From positions 1 through 64,000 of the forward strand of contig VJWM01000304.1 of NCBI GenBank assembly GCA_010909165.1: a stretch of 64,000 bases of DNA, in the 5' to 3' direction. Made by a program: the position numbers and the translations under genes. Below, piece by piece: positions 48,901-62,150 of this stretch (position 1 is the first letter of the stretch; each line of letters starts with the position of its first letter). The notes under the pieces were generated by a model. That model did no database searches. It saw only the letters and a list, made by a program, of their open reading frames with translations, and was not told the origin of the DNA. Source of the stretch: Anthoceros angustus. Lineage: Eukaryota > Plantae > Anthocerotophyta.

Positions 48901-49780
48901 GGTTACAAAGATGATGATTTGGATGGTAAGATTTTGATTTGATGTCTTTGCAAGTTTTGATTGTCCTATTTTAACTCGCTTTTTGATTTGCCATAGGAGC
49001 CGTAATATCGGCATTGGAGCGCAAGCAAGTGGACGATGACGGCTGGTTTTGGATTTGCCATAGGAGCCGTATCGGCATTGGGCGCAAGCAAGTGGACGAT
49101 AATGGCTGGTTTTGGACAATTTGGTGCCTAGATTGAAGCCCGGGTTAAGTGAGGATCTTTCTCCTCCGTAGTTCTTATAGAAGATCTTTCAAGTCTGCTT
49201 TGTTGTAACACCGGCTTCTTGGTAACATATTCGATTCTTGCAGAATCGGGTGTGGCCTCCGCCTCGGTGGGAAGCCTTAACCTCCCAAGTGTGGTCAAGA
49301 CCGGTGTGGAACGCCACGATGAAGTACTTGTTGAAGTTGAACCACTCCATCTCATGGAAGAGGTGGAAGAATTTGAAGAGGTTGAGGTATCCTCTCTAAA
49401 TGCAGGAAAAGTTTTTCAATCTCATGGCCTCTCATCGAATCGACGACAGAACTTGAAGCTCAACGCCTTGTGAAGCTAGGTCTGACTACGCCAAAGAGCT
49501 CAAGTCATCAAGGGTGAAGAGCATGAAGAGGAAGGAAATGAGGCTTCAATCAAGTCCAATTTGAAGAGATCAAGGAGCGAGGAATTCTAGTTTGGTGCTT
49601 TCTTTTAGTTGCTCCTTAGAAACTCTTAGAAATTGATATCGACATCGGCTTTTGTGGGAATGTCCCTTTGTGTGTGTCTGGGGAATGGCCCCAATGTTTG
49701 TGAGTGTGTGTGTCCGGGGAATGGCCCCATGTTTGTTTGTGGGAGTCTGTGTCCGGGGAATGGCCCCATGTTTGTGTGTT

Positions 49781-49782
<2 letters not shown>

Positions 49783-49814
<32 letters not shown>

Positions 49815-49825
49815 TGTGTGTGTGA
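49783..49825 (+). repeat. (TG)n microsatellite
   Basis: Directly visible. Confidence 0.95.
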
Positions 49826-49834
49826 GTTTTGTGC

Positions 49835-50350
49835 GATGTTGTAATTCCTTTGCAATTGGGATGTTGTAGATGGTTTTGTAAAAGTCGTTGTAAAGCGTGT
49901 ACCCACACCGAGACGCCTCAAACTTAGATGTTGTAATTGCTTGCAATTGGGATGTTGTAGATGGTTTTGTAAAATGTGTCGTGTAAAGTGCTTGTACCCA
50001 CAGAGACGCCTCAAACTTAGATGTTGTAATTGCTTGCAATTGGGATGTTGTAGATGGTTTTGTAAAACAGTTGTAAAGCGTTGTACCCACACCGAGACGC
50101 CTCAAACTTAGATGTTGTAATTGCTTTGCAATTGGGATGTTGTAGATGGTTTTGTAAAATGTGTCGTAAAGTGCGTTGTACCCACACCGAGACGCCTCAA
50201 ACTTAGATGTTGTAATTCCTTTGCAATTGGGATGTTGTAAATGGTTTTGTAAAACAGTCGTTGTAAGCGTTGTACCCACACACCGAGACGCCTCAAACTT
50301 AGATGTTGTAATTCCTTTGCAATTGGGATGTTGTAAATGGTTTTGTAAAA
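49835..50350 (+). repeat. ~93-bp tandem array, 5-6 units (CACTA right subterminal repeats)
   Basis: Unit ATGTTGTAATT..TTGCAATTGGGATGTTGTAGATGGTTTTGTAAAA...CCGAGACGCCTCAAACTTAG. Confidence 0.92.
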
Positions 50351-50638
50351 TGGCACCACGTCATCACATGGTGATGTGGCAATGAGGGCCATGTCATCAA
50401 ATTATGCCACGTCATCACCGATGATGTGGCAATGAAGGGCCATGTGGCAACAACATGCCATGTCATCACTTGGTGATGTGGGCGGCGATGTGGCGCCACA
50501 TCATCACACTTTAATGACATGGCACCGAACCGCCATGTCGCAATTTTACAACGCCATGAAGTTTCGTTTACAACGGCGTTGCGCCGCTTTACAACGCCTG
50601 AGGTAACAGCTGTAAAATAAAACCCTCATTTTCTAGTG

Positions 50639-52720
50639 CAACATCCACCACCGGTTTCATCAAAGGTTGAACGAAGAGCGTGTCATGCACAAGGTCGTCA
50701 CTGATGTAGAAGTGGTAGTATTTCTGAATGTTTGCAGCAGGGTTGTCAGCATCTAGGGGCCATTGCGCCTGTAGAAAACCAGAACGAGGATGGAAACCTG
50801 GTCATTCTGCCAATGCATGGACTGGATTTCATCTTGGACTCCAAATGCGTAATTCTGAGAAAAATCCATAACCGAGACAACCACATCAGATGGAAACCAC
50901 TCTAGGCAATGCCGAACTCCAACCGCCATCACGAACAAAGTCATGGAGAATGAAATCCTTCAACTTGCCCTTGAAGAACTCAACAAATTACTGGATGTGT
51001 CTCCATGAAGACAAGTTTGATCCGCTTTCTTATCCCGCCCATCCACATCCTTGCCCACAACTTGGTATTGGAAGCATCTCCATTTTAGAAGAGCATTAGG
51101 TGAACATTTATAGAAGTCTCCAGGACAGTAACTTAAGCTTATTCACCCCACATAGGACACAAGTGCCTTGCAGACATGCGAGCATGCCAATCAGCATCAC
51201 CCTTCGCACAAAGAGCACTTTGACAAAGCCTCACCGACGCCACACATGTGGAGGGAGCATTACAAACAATGGGAGATGTACCCGGCAAAGCATGACCACA
51301 AGAACAATGGCAAAGACCACGGGATGGACACGAGAGAGTCCCACGGAGGCCATTCAACGCATCCTTCAAAAGGCCATCTCCACATGATAGGCAACAACAA
51401 AGATTACGCCTCCGCAGCTCTTCACAAAAATGGCTTCAACTTCTCAAAGCTCCGCTCTACTTGAATGTTCGGTGTTCCTCACAAAAGCGCAGAATTCACC
51501 GCACACATGCGATCCGCCACACCTCGATGAACTTGAACACCAGTACAATTTGCCCACAAGGCCCCAAGCGATGCCTAATTGAAGTTCAGCAACATCTACA
51601 CTAAGCATTTACACGTTGAAATGAGTCGAAAGCTTACAAACCGCCTTTGCTGTGCCACAGCCTACATTTTGGTACATGCAATCACACCTCAAATGAACCA
51701 GAAGACCAAATTTTTCTCATGTCCCCAAGCGATGGCCAACTAAGGTTACAATCAACATGTACACTAGGCATTCACACACACTCGACAAGGAGATGCCCAA
51801 ACAAAGATGTAAAAGGCAACCAGCAATAACATGGATTTGTGCATCACACAAAGGCACAAGACCATGACCCAAACGTACTTGTGACATGTCAAGAAAGTGC
51901 GTGATGTGGTTGATGAAGGTTTTAGCTGCTGTCCGCAGCCGCTTGGTATCTTTTGTGTTTGACGAAGGACGCGAAGCAGATTCCCAAAACTGGACGATGC
52001 TTGCTTTCACATAGGCCGGAAGGATGTCAGACCTTGCTTTCCTTCCAGCCCCACACCATGTTCTCTGGCCTGAAACATATCCTCCCTGCCTGGTGCTCAA
52101 AGCTCGATGGATCTGCCTCCTGCTCACTCCTATGTGCCGAGAAAGGCTCGAAACTGCACCCTTTCCTTGGATATCCTCTCGATAAGATAATGTTGAACAA
52201 GGTGTTCCTTGCCCGCAATTTGTCACCAACTTGAACATCCTTTAAACTTGTGCAAGCCTCACGCACATTCTTCAACAACAATGCTCCCAATTGGTCTTTG
52301 GCATCCCGTCGAGCTCTTGGTCGAAACATCTTCAGAATGGCGGTTACTAAACTTCTCGAATGTCTTGACGACATTCCGTATCCACTTGTAAGCTCTAGAA
52401 ACCGATGACCTAATTTGCGAGCCACATCCCGCTATGACGCATCGAGCATTCCTTAACACCGTAAATGCCATAGCTCCGCTCTAAACTTATACGGACAGAA
52501 GTTTGGGCACCCCGAGTTTCTTGCCAGTAGCTTGCATCCTCTTCTGCTCCACCTTCCTCTCCGCATGGGTCCCCTGCTTGACCTCTCGACTGAGGAATAC
52601 CAAGATTCCTTGTTAGTCTCCTTCCGCAACTCTTGAACACCAGCTTCACTAGAAGATGCTTCACCAGGCACCTGGGCTGGCGCTGGCGTCGACGCACTGA
52701 CCATCGGCTCACTGGCGCTT
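50639..52720 (-). pseudogene. Sola2-like transposase, N-terminal part (probable intron ~51880-51570)
   Basis: RKARSDILP..VQFWESASRPSSNTKD...HITHFLDMSQ|GTACGT; FEKLKPFF...NLCCC; CLQGTCVLCG; MDFSQNYAFGVQDEIQSMHWQNDQVSIL; YHFYISDDLVHDTLFVQ. Confidence 0.85.
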
Positions 52721-55600
52721 GATGGTGACCGAGCCATGCCCGCTACACACACAACCCTAAACAAAAGCACGCTGTTAGACTCCAACTTTGTACCTCGCAA
52801 TGGCCAAGAACAAGGCACAACCCTAAAAGCACCGATCACCAAGCAAGCTCGCGCCCACGGATCCGGTTGTAGGTGTAGACGCTGCGGCGTGTGATCCTAC
52901 AAGGTGATACGATATCGCCACCACCGTGCACATCCGTTCCTCCTCAGGTTCCATGAAAGCCCATCAAGAACCAAGCTTAGAAATACAATGAACCAAGGAC
53001 TACCTAAACCCAATCGCATACCCCCGCCACCTCCGCCTACCACTTCGCCACCTCAATCCACCACTCCCTTGCCAACCCTTGCCACCTGCACCCAGTGTCC
53101 TCCCAACCCACCACTCCCCGCCGCCACATATACCCACCACAGTGAGCTAAGTCCAAAGCTCTCATCAAAGAAAACGTTTATCAACATGCCGCAGATCTAG
53201 GCCTAACCGCTACTCCACATCAGTTCCAGCTCATGCTACATAGTCCCCGGCCCAGACCTCAAGATAAGCCTACCGCCTGTGTGCCGAGATCCGCTCGCAG
53301 CGGTGGTGTGGCGGTGACCTCTGCATAGAACCCTAAATCAAGTGCGGCGTGCGCGCCAACTCAAAATTTGTTGTTACACGCCGACGATCCGCTTTGCTCA
53401 TCTCGTAAATATGCTACAAAATGATTTAGGTAAGGGCAGTGCCCGCCACCGCCTCGTTTCTCGGGCCCACTTCAGAAAACATAGTGTGACAAGTGCCACG
53501 AGTGAGACAATGCCCATCCCAAGTAGTCTCTAAATTTAGACTTTCATTTTGAATATTTTCATGAGTATTTTAATTTTAAATTTTAATCTCATGTAGAAGT
53601 GATATATTTGTATATCTTGTAAAAAAATCAGACAGTTTAGAGAAGAAATAAATTAGTTAAAATTATTAACGTTACATGAGGACAAAATAACAAAGTTTCG
53701 TCCGTTTCTCACTAATGTGAGCACCAAAGCATGCTTGGACCCGGTAGCCTACGGCGGTAGTCTGCCAGCCTACCGCCCCTTCGGGCTGCCTTCTTGTCTT
53801 GCCTGGGGGTCGTTTGGACCCGTTTCTTTTCCCAGGATATCCTCTATGCTTTCCTAACAGTATCCTTTAACTCCAGCTTCCAAGAATTCAGAAAATTCCC
53901 AGTCATGATCCCTTCCATCGTTTTTAGCCAAAAAAATGAAGTTCGCACTTCCTCTGGCCCTTTTGGGCTGGTTGCCCAAACTTTTGCATTCCACGTACTC
54001 CCCTCCTCACCGCTTGCGTCCCTAGCAAACAGTATCTCAATAAGGTACTTCTTAACCCGGGAGGAGTCAGACGCCCGCTGAGGCGTGAGGAAGGGCGGTT
54101 GGTACCCACAAGTTAGGAAGGCGACAAGATCTGGGAAGAGACGAGAGCAAAAGGAGGGGGAGGGAGCCAATCCACAAAGGGAGCGTCACTATCCCAGCAG
54201 GGTGAGGACTAGATATGGTCAAAGACCATAAATGATGGGAGGAAGAATAGAAAGGACAGGTGATGTCGACTGACATCCTTCGAGGATGAACTTAGGTGAA
54301 GTAGCTAGAATAGAATTTACCTAGAGTCAAACAGTAGACTTAGATGCCAGGCCTTAAATACTGGCGGTAGGAAACAATAAAATGGTGGAAAAGGTGACCT
54401 GCAGTAGGGTCACCCAAAGGAGGTTGTATGTGGAAGGCCTCCTATAAGAGGAGGAGGATTTCACAAAGTAAAGTATCACGTCTTGCGCTTCCATACTCGC
54501 AAGTCCTTTGCCCTTGTAAAGGAATTTCGTGCCGGCTGTGAGCCAACACAGCGTCTGGTAGAGAGGAAGTCGCGGTGGTCGGAGTGCTTGGTGGAGGGCT
54601 TGTTCCCTGCAAGTGCCTAAACGAGTTGCTCCCCTTGTGAATGGTTGCTGTGAAATTGCTTCGCTTTGGGTGTGTGGCAATGCCCAGGGAACTCTCGGCT
54701 TAAGGGTAGACTACAGGAAAGACTGGAGGTTCACCGTCATGTCAAACTCATAGCAACCGGCCCAAGGAAGAACTTGCTGGTGGAGGACGACCCCAGGCAG
54801 TTGTGCCGTAAGGGCGAGTCGAAGCCAGTAAGCCCAAACTGAGGTTAGAATAGGAGGAAGAGGAGGAGATGAGTAGAGGATTAGAGTGTAGGTGTTAGTG
54901 GAAGGCCACAGGCAGAGCTTAAGGGACGAATCCCAAATCTGCAAGTAAGAGGGCGCTCCCTGAGGGGAGAAGATTGGTCTTAGAAGTGGGGACGAAATTG
55001 CAGTGTGGATCAGGGGTCCTGTGATAGGCTCGTCGCTAAGGTGACCTCGCAATTGTGTTGTGTCGCTGTAGGTCGAGGATTGGTGATTTTCTGGCAAAGG
55101 TGCAAGTGGTGCACCGCCTGAAGAGGGAGAGTAGAGGGCGCCTTGCTTGTTTAGAAGGTTGAGAAGTTGTGTCACTGCAGCTAGCGATTGTTTTCCACAA
55201 GAATCCGAGCTTTCACACAAGTCTCATGGGACGAAACCCAACGACGGGCGACAAGGGGATAAGTGTGGCGCTAGAGGGGAAGCCTCAAGCCCGGGTTTCC
55301 TCCTACAGCGCTCAAGAATCCAACTCTATGTCCCTCGCCGTGCTTTCAATCTCCGTTACCGCGTCACCCTTGGTGCTCCAACTTCCAACGCCAGCTTTCT
55401 TGGTGCTTTCCAGCAGCTCCTGGCGCCCCTTCACGCTCCACAGCGACTGCCTCTCCTCCACCTCCTTTTCCTTTCCTTTTCTTCTTCGCCGATTGCCTGG
55501 AGCTAAGGTTTCCTCCTAGCCTTCAGCGCACACACAGTCCGTCTCCTTCTCGCGCGCCGCCTTCCCTTCCTTTGCAAGTCGCGGTGACGATGGCAATGGC

Positions 55601-56160
55601 AGCCTTCCTTCTCCTCTCTTGTGCTTACGCTCCAGCTCCAGTCTCAGCCCTTCGCGAAGTGCGGACGCCCCAATTTGAAGAGAGAGTAGGCGCTGTCCAA
55701 ACTGCAATTTGCCCTCCTTGGATTGTTGCCACCTGGAGACTTCTCAACCCTAGATTGGGTTTCCCATTCCCAAATTCCTAATTCTGCCTAAATTACCTAT
55801 TCCCCTGTCCTATGGATAACCCCGAATTAATTACCTTCTAATTAATCCTATTTATCTATTCCCCTATTGGTGAGCATATATAGTGGATATCCCCCCTATT
55901 CTAATTCCCTTTTCTGGCCGAGATCTCGTCAGCCTACCACGGTAGTCTGCCAGCCTACCGTGGTAGTCTGCTCTTCCTCTCAGCCTACCGGCATAGTGTG
56001 GCAGCCTACCGCCCCTTCGGACTGCCTTTCTATCTCGCCTGGGGGTCGTTTTGACTCGTTTCTTTTCCCAAGATATCCCCTCTGCCTTTCTACCCATATC
56101 CTACAGCTCCGGATCCAAGGTTCTCAGAAAATCCCCAACATGTCCCTCTTCAATCATTTG
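55601..56160 (-). repeat. Uninterrupted (empty-site) paralog of the Sola2 target sequence; promoter-like part of LTR-like repeat C
   Basis: Matches 21322-21655 joined to 53747-53900. CTATATAT box on the minus strand at ~55880; short CAGCCTACC repeats. Confidence 0.8.
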
Positions 56161-56857
56161 CAGCCAACGGAGGAGTTAGTGGCGACATCGGCCAGCAAAC
56201 GGGGAATGAAGACTCTTTGAAGATGCTCCATGATAGGTATGGACAAACCAAACAGGAGAAAAGGAGCAAAGAGGATTCCACCCCAGGGGACGTCGCCGAT
56301 GAAGAGGAAGGAAGGAAGGGAGATGGGTACCGCATCACCATGGTGGTAGTCGACTACCTCGCCTCGCTGACACGCTGTAGGGTCTTGATGGAAGGAGCGC
56401 GACCAGGCGGCGGAAGCTGAAAAGGAGGCGCTGCGCGCGGAGGGGGCGAATTGTTGTCTCCTCCCTGGCCCGGCTCTTCCCTTATTCAGCGGGGTGAGGG
56501 AACTCACCTCCCTTCCTCAGTAGTCGGACCCCGGCTCCTTCTCCTCCGCCGGTAATGCTTCTCCCACCGCCTGCCTCCTTCTCCGGTAGGCCACTGACCC
56601 CGGCTCCTTCTCATCCGCAGCCCGGGCCATTAGGGACCCGACTCCCGTCAGCCCCCTCGGGCACTGCCTCTACCCCAGTCTGCAGATCACCGGTGGTAGC
56701 CTCACACTGCGGTCCGCATCACCGTGGTAGGTGGTCACTCACCGGGTAGGGTGACCCCTATGAGGCGTGTCCCCTCCTTACTTTCCACGCCATCTTCCTT
56801 CGCGCCAGTTTCTCCTCCGTCCTTCGACTTCCGCTCTGAGTCAGTGTCACTGTGGCC

Positions 56858-57848
56858 TCATCGGTCTCGAGCCTCCGCTGCACTTGGGCTCCTTCTATCA
56901 TCATCATGAGGACCCAATGTCCTCCTCTTGGCCAAACGCAACACTTCGTTGTTGGCCTTCAATATCTTGTTGTGAAGATGGGCTCCCAAGCTATGGTACT
57001 GCATTTGGAGATCGTCCAACTCCGTGGGCCACTCTCCATCTTCACATCTACCCTTGTAGGCATCCCTTGAGGTGGTCAATTCTCCCACCTTCACATGGAG
57101 GGTCACATTCTCCTCCCGTGCTTCCCTTAGCTGGTTGGCCAACTTCGCTTGAAGGGCATAATCTGCCCAAAACCCTCGCTTCCTCACCACCAGTATTCCA
57201 TGCACCACCTTCTTGTGGTACTCTTCCTCCTGGGACCTCCTTCTCTCCAAGTCCCCTAGTTGCTGAGCAAGCCCTTCCCTCTCCGCTTGCCAAGTACTCT
57301 TCTCGCGCTCTAACTCATGTAGTTGCTGGTCTCGAGCTTCCAGCTCCGCGCGCTTCTCCTCCAGATTGTACCGGGTCCTCCGCAGTTCTTCCTCCATGTC
57401 CCGGATTTTGATGGCTTGGGTAGCCATCACCTGCTCCTGCGCGTCCATTTGCTGGACCGCTTGCTTCTCTCTTCCTAGAGCCTCCGTTTTGCCTTTCTGC
57501 TCCTGCTCTAGTTGGGCAAAATGCTCCTCCGCCTTTTGCCTTCACGAGTCCCTTTGAATGGTTGCCGGGCTCTTCCTCCTGCTTTGGGATAACTTCCTTC
57601 CAGACCTTCTCCTCCGCTGGTCCATAAGGTCGGCTGGGTTTTCTCTGACCTTCTCCAACTTGGCTGCCTTCTCGTCGGACTCCATGGCCTCCAATTGCCA
57701 CTTGGTCCCTGCCCTTCTCTCTGTCATCTCTTGGGCCTTATTTGCCCGAACTTCCTCTTGACATGCCCACAAGGAGGCTGCTAACTCCCTAGCCCCCTTC
57801 AAGTCTACACGGCTGAGTGCCTCACAAGCACCCAGCAAATCTCCTAGG
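56858..57848 (-). pseudogene. Coiled-coil ORF homologous to the Gypsy LTR-embedded ORF, cut by the element at 57849
   Basis: AHLHNKILKANNEVLRLAKRRTLGPHDDD aligns with VHLHARVNKFAKEMRSLLTRKLLGPHDDD. Confidence 0.65.
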
Positions 57849-58699
57849 AACATGCTAATCTTGGAAGGGGGTTAATATACAGTAAGGGGGTTTTCAACCA
57901 AATATCGTCGGAAGGGGGTTTGGGATGGGTCGCATTCTGCTGCTTTGGGCAACATCGGTCAAGGCCTGAAAATAAGGGTCGATAAGGGATGAAATTGTCC
58001 GGGCGATGTCTCCATCACACAAAGGGTTAGCGAGTTCGCCATCGAATTTGGCATATTCGACCCATGCTTGCTTACCATAAGTACCGGAAGGACTAAAAGG
58101 GAACGGGTTGTTGAGGCATCTAAATAAACAAGGTCTTTTGAAGACATTGCGCAATCTTCACATCATCATTGGTAAAGAATGGTGCTTCTTTCCGAACCGT
58201 CCGAACCCATAGTCTTTTGTTTTGGCAAGAAGGGGCGCTCGGCCGGTGGGCGCGCCACAGCTATCTTTTCACGATTTAGGATTTAGGCATGCGTCGGATG
58301 GGTTATATCTGATTTGAACAAAATGTACAATACAGGGGTGCGGAAAACGGTTTCCATGCTACTAAAAGGATGGTGAAAAATGGCGGCGTGCCGGTGCCAT
58401 TGTCCTGTCCTCGCAACCTACGGCCGGAAGTGACTCCAACTTCTTCAACTTCCGATCCGAATGATAGCACCAGGTGATTCCCTATCACTAACGCGAGCTC
58501 CCACTTTGAGCCTAACACTTGGCGGTCGGCACGGACGGTCGAGTAAACCCTCTTGTCTCATGTCCACCGATGTTTGCCTCCACTTCATACATCTTTTCAC
58601 TCATCTCCCGAATTGACACCTTCCATGTCCAAGGGCCCGATGTCCTCACCGTCTTCGTCACTATCTTCGGTGCACTTTGGTGGTGGCTCGATGAAGCCC

Positions 58700-61600
58700 C
58701 GCAATTCATTCAACTTATCACGATCGCTTTTTGTCAATGGAATAGAGATGTTTACGAATTCAAATGAACCCATAATACAAGATGACGGTTTTATTGATGA
58801 AGACTTCTTGAACATTCTTGAAATTTGCCTTCCCACCCTTTTTCCTTCCAATCCCAATTTGTCTCGGTGGAAGGGTGCGAATCACATATTCTTCCACGTA
58901 TCGCCTTCATATGCATCTGTGCTCGATCTGCAGTGAACCAGAAATGAGGCTCTTCCACATCCAACCTCACGATTAACTTTCCCAATCCAGAAAGGCCGAT
59001 TATGCGTATCGCTGGTACAAGGTACTGCGATGAACATCCCTTCCTTTATGTCTTTTACATCTCCATGCAAACGTGCCATTTCCTGCTGCTGCCTTCCCAA
59101 CTGTCGGTAAGGCCCCAAGTACATATCCCGTTGGGGGAGTTCTCTTAGCAACGCCTCCTCTAGGATAGCTTCATCGGGAACTTGGAGTGGTTGCGCTGTT
59201 TCTTCCGATTCTGCCCGAGAGAACCATTTCCACGGCACTTCTAGTGCGAGCCCAATGTTGTTCTCCACGATTATTGCGATTTCTTCTTGGTCCACCCAGA
59301 ATGCTTCCCACCATCCATATTCCGGTCACATATGGCGCAGCTCAAGCAGACCGCTCTCAAATGTGCCACTCCTTGGAGATAACCCCGACGTCCCTTTCTT
59401 GTCTCGAGCCGGAGGGCCGGTCTTGTATGTATATGGAGGGACAAATTTCAAAAACTCCAACCCGGCGGTTTCCCAATACATCGATGTCGAATATTGCTTG
59501 CTCCTAATTCATCGCATTACAGTCGGTTTGTCTTCTCTGGTGATTTTAAAGCGCTGGAAAGATAAGTTGTTCAATTTTCTCACCGATGAATATGCTCGCG
59601 ACCATCGCCTTGTCTAATCGGCCATACATATGACCGGAAGTCCGGACCTCCGCAAAACTTTGATCTCCGGTGTAGGCGTGTATGCATGAACCGATGTGGG
59701 AAGAGTGTGTGCCTCCTTGTGCTTCAAGCTTTTGGAAAAGCAAGAGAACATTTGGTCGATTTGGTCGTGAGTGTGCCCAACAAGGAGGAACCCAACCTTC
59801 ACCTTTGAAAAGTTCCCATATCAACTAGCATGTTCAAATCATGCAAAACAACATGGTTCTTGTTTTCCGGCAAGTGTTGTCAAGCTGCAAATAGAGCACT
59901 TTGGGTAGCACTCCTTTATAATTAAGAATAACATCTTGAATAATCACGATTGTCGATTCGCATCGTTCCTCAAATTGGCATAGTGCAAAAACACTCTTGC
60001 TGCGTCGTATAATTGTGGATCATGCAACCCACTACGTGCCGCAGATACACGGTCCTCATCAAGATTCTTTGGCCAACGCAAAGTGTGGAATCTCGGTCTT
60101 CTTGGTCCATTTCTATAGCGAGGAGCATGTACTTATCCGGTTCCTGTAACTCTTTTCACGGTGTTTTGCCATTTTTCCCGCTCCTCCTGCAGTGTGCCTC
60201 TAGCTGCGATATTTTTCGCCCTACAAACACGTTCCAAGTGTCACATCCTTCCAAGTTTTCACGTTCCCAATTTCACACATACAAACACGCTTCTTCCACA
60301 CCACAAGCGAAGAGAATCCATGAAACCCATTGCATACAACAAACCGATGTCGTGGACTATCACCTCTTCACACATACATTTACCATCTTCCCCAATCTAA
60401 AATGTTCAAAACGTCCACCTTCTAGGTCATATATTATGGTTGGCGAGTTTGAAGGTGGATGGGGCCAGGGCGCGGTGGCCCGGCCCCTAAACTCGACCAA
60501 TCAAACCTACAACCAGGGGCCATCCATGAACAAGGACTGCGAGTTTCAAACATGGTACTCGAGCAACTTGATGCAGCAGTCGGTCATCCGAGGTGGGCGC
60601 CGGGTGGCGCCACCCGACACTCAGTTTTCGAACCATCCGCATACCGGTGCTCGGCGAACTATGGGATGAACGAAAAACTCCTCCCACCGGAGATGGGTTG
60701 TACTAGTGGTAGAGTGATATCTACCTTGATCAACCTTCCGAGTTGTATTCGAATGGTGGTCTTTAACCACGCACATATTGAGCGGTCGAGAACTGTTGGA
60801 TTTGGGAATCTTCACTCTGAAGTTAGATTTCCATAACTTCAAAAACGCGTCGTCAAGCTGCGGACGAGCTTTGACACCGCTGCTTGTACAATGACCATAT
60901 CTCCTTTGTATAGGTGTCGCAGGTTATACACCGCACGTTGAAGTCTTCACCATGAAGCGAAAAGCATTATCCATCCACGCTAGAGCACCAAGTGCATGGG
61001 GACTTATGAATTGGGTTGGTTCGAACACTATCCCACGGGCATTCCTCATGACCCTCCCTTTCGATTCCTCGTATCTGTGCCCCATACAATATACTCTTCA
61101 AGGCCTTCATGTAGCAGGAACCGATCCCATAACATGCGTAAAAACTCTTTCTTTGTTAGTTTGACTCGGGTCCCGATGTACGAGGCTTTGAAGAAATGTC
61201 TCTTGCTCTTGTGAGGAACCTATATCGTTGCTCAAGGCCTTGCTTGGTCAACCTCTGCATGCACATTTGGTTGCAACACGGTTTAAGAAAGTCCGTCACC
61301 TTCTCCAGTTCACATTTTGCAAAGACACCCCTGCCCGTCGCGCGCTTGTCCGAGCTTTGTTGTCATCAATGTCTCACTTAAAGGCTTGGGATGGAATGTT
61401 CCGGATGCACCGGAGGGTGAACAAAGTCATCATCCCCATCCTCGATCCACGGATCATTTGCTTGTGGAAGAACTCGATCCTGCGGTCATCCTCGCACATC
61501 GCTCCTTGGCGGAACAAACCACGGGGATTCACCCCATCTCCCTTCCTTCGTGTCTTCGATGCGGATTCCCATCAATGGCGCATATAAGTTCAAGTTCACG

Positions 61601-62150
61601 GGGTCATGGGCACCCCACGGAATGCCGGAGAGGACGCTTGTCGATGGCGGCGAGCATTACCGCAATACCACGTGCGGTGTGCATGAGATGGAATCGCCAC
61701 GGATGGGGTGGACTATTCGGCCACAACATTGTCTTCACCGCAAACAAGGCTTTCTTGTTGAAGGCAAACTAACCTTCCGAGTTCGGACTCGTTTTCGTTG
61801 CTCATGATCGGGGAAGGGCGGGGCCCCATCGATCTGACCATCCTTGCTCCTCACAAGAGAGTCACCTACCATCCGGAAATCAAAGACCCCTCTTCCTCAC
61901 ACGTTCTGCTGCGACAACATCAATGTCGTCATTACATGGGTGAGCAGAGGCGGAGACGATGCAAACCCAACACTTGTTCTCAAGTACATGTTCCCCTTGA
62001 TCGCACAAAGCGTGAGGAATGAACTTTGTGGACGAAAACTCGACCTCTTCGACAACGATGTGGGTGGCGCGCAACATTGTCGACGAGGACTCCGCACCTC
62101 TAACCTCTGGAAATATGGTCCTCACTCTTCACGAGCGTGGTATGCCATGA
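58700..62150 (-). pseudogene. Sola1-like DDD transposase, copy 2 (frameshifted)
   Basis: KVGFLLVGHTHDQIDQMFSCFSKSLKHKEAHTLP, LYLQLDN, MDQ motif, ELPQRDMYLGPY...RPFWIGKV, PCCNQMC. Confidence 0.82.

Larger units (their letters stand above)
43524..50638. mobile_element. Non-autonomous CACTA/En-Spm element (7,115 bp) with a captured gene fragment
   Basis: Right end ...TTTTCTAGTG (reverse complement CACTAGAAAA), left end CACTG (degenerate). 3-bp TSD CAA at 43521-43523 and 50639-50641. Subterminal GTTGTAAA/TGTGGCA repeats. Removing it rejoins the Sola2 transposase (...WWML|DSGFP...). Confidence 0.88.
21684..53742 (-). mobile_element. Giant Sola2-like TIR DNA transposon (32,059 bp; ~15.6 kb without the two nested elements)
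   Basis: TIR GGGTGTAAGCATGGTTTGGTGGT vs reverse-complement GGGTCCAAGCATGCTTTGGTGCT (19/23). GGTA TSD at 21680-21683 and 53743-53746. The joined flanks reproduce the empty-site paralog at 55601-56160. Sola2-type transposase near the right end. Confidence 0.85.

Noticed and set aside
21322-56160. Treating 21322-21655 and 55601-55950 as the paired LTRs of a 35-kb retroelement
   Set aside because: No gag/pol lies between them. The first copy resumes at 53743 after the Sola2 insertion, so they are neighbouring paralogs about 2 kb apart before insertion.
57860-58560. TET/JBP dioxygenase downstream of the Sola1-like transposase
   Set aside because: No HxD...H...R motif was found; the similarity between copies here is confined to the terminal region.
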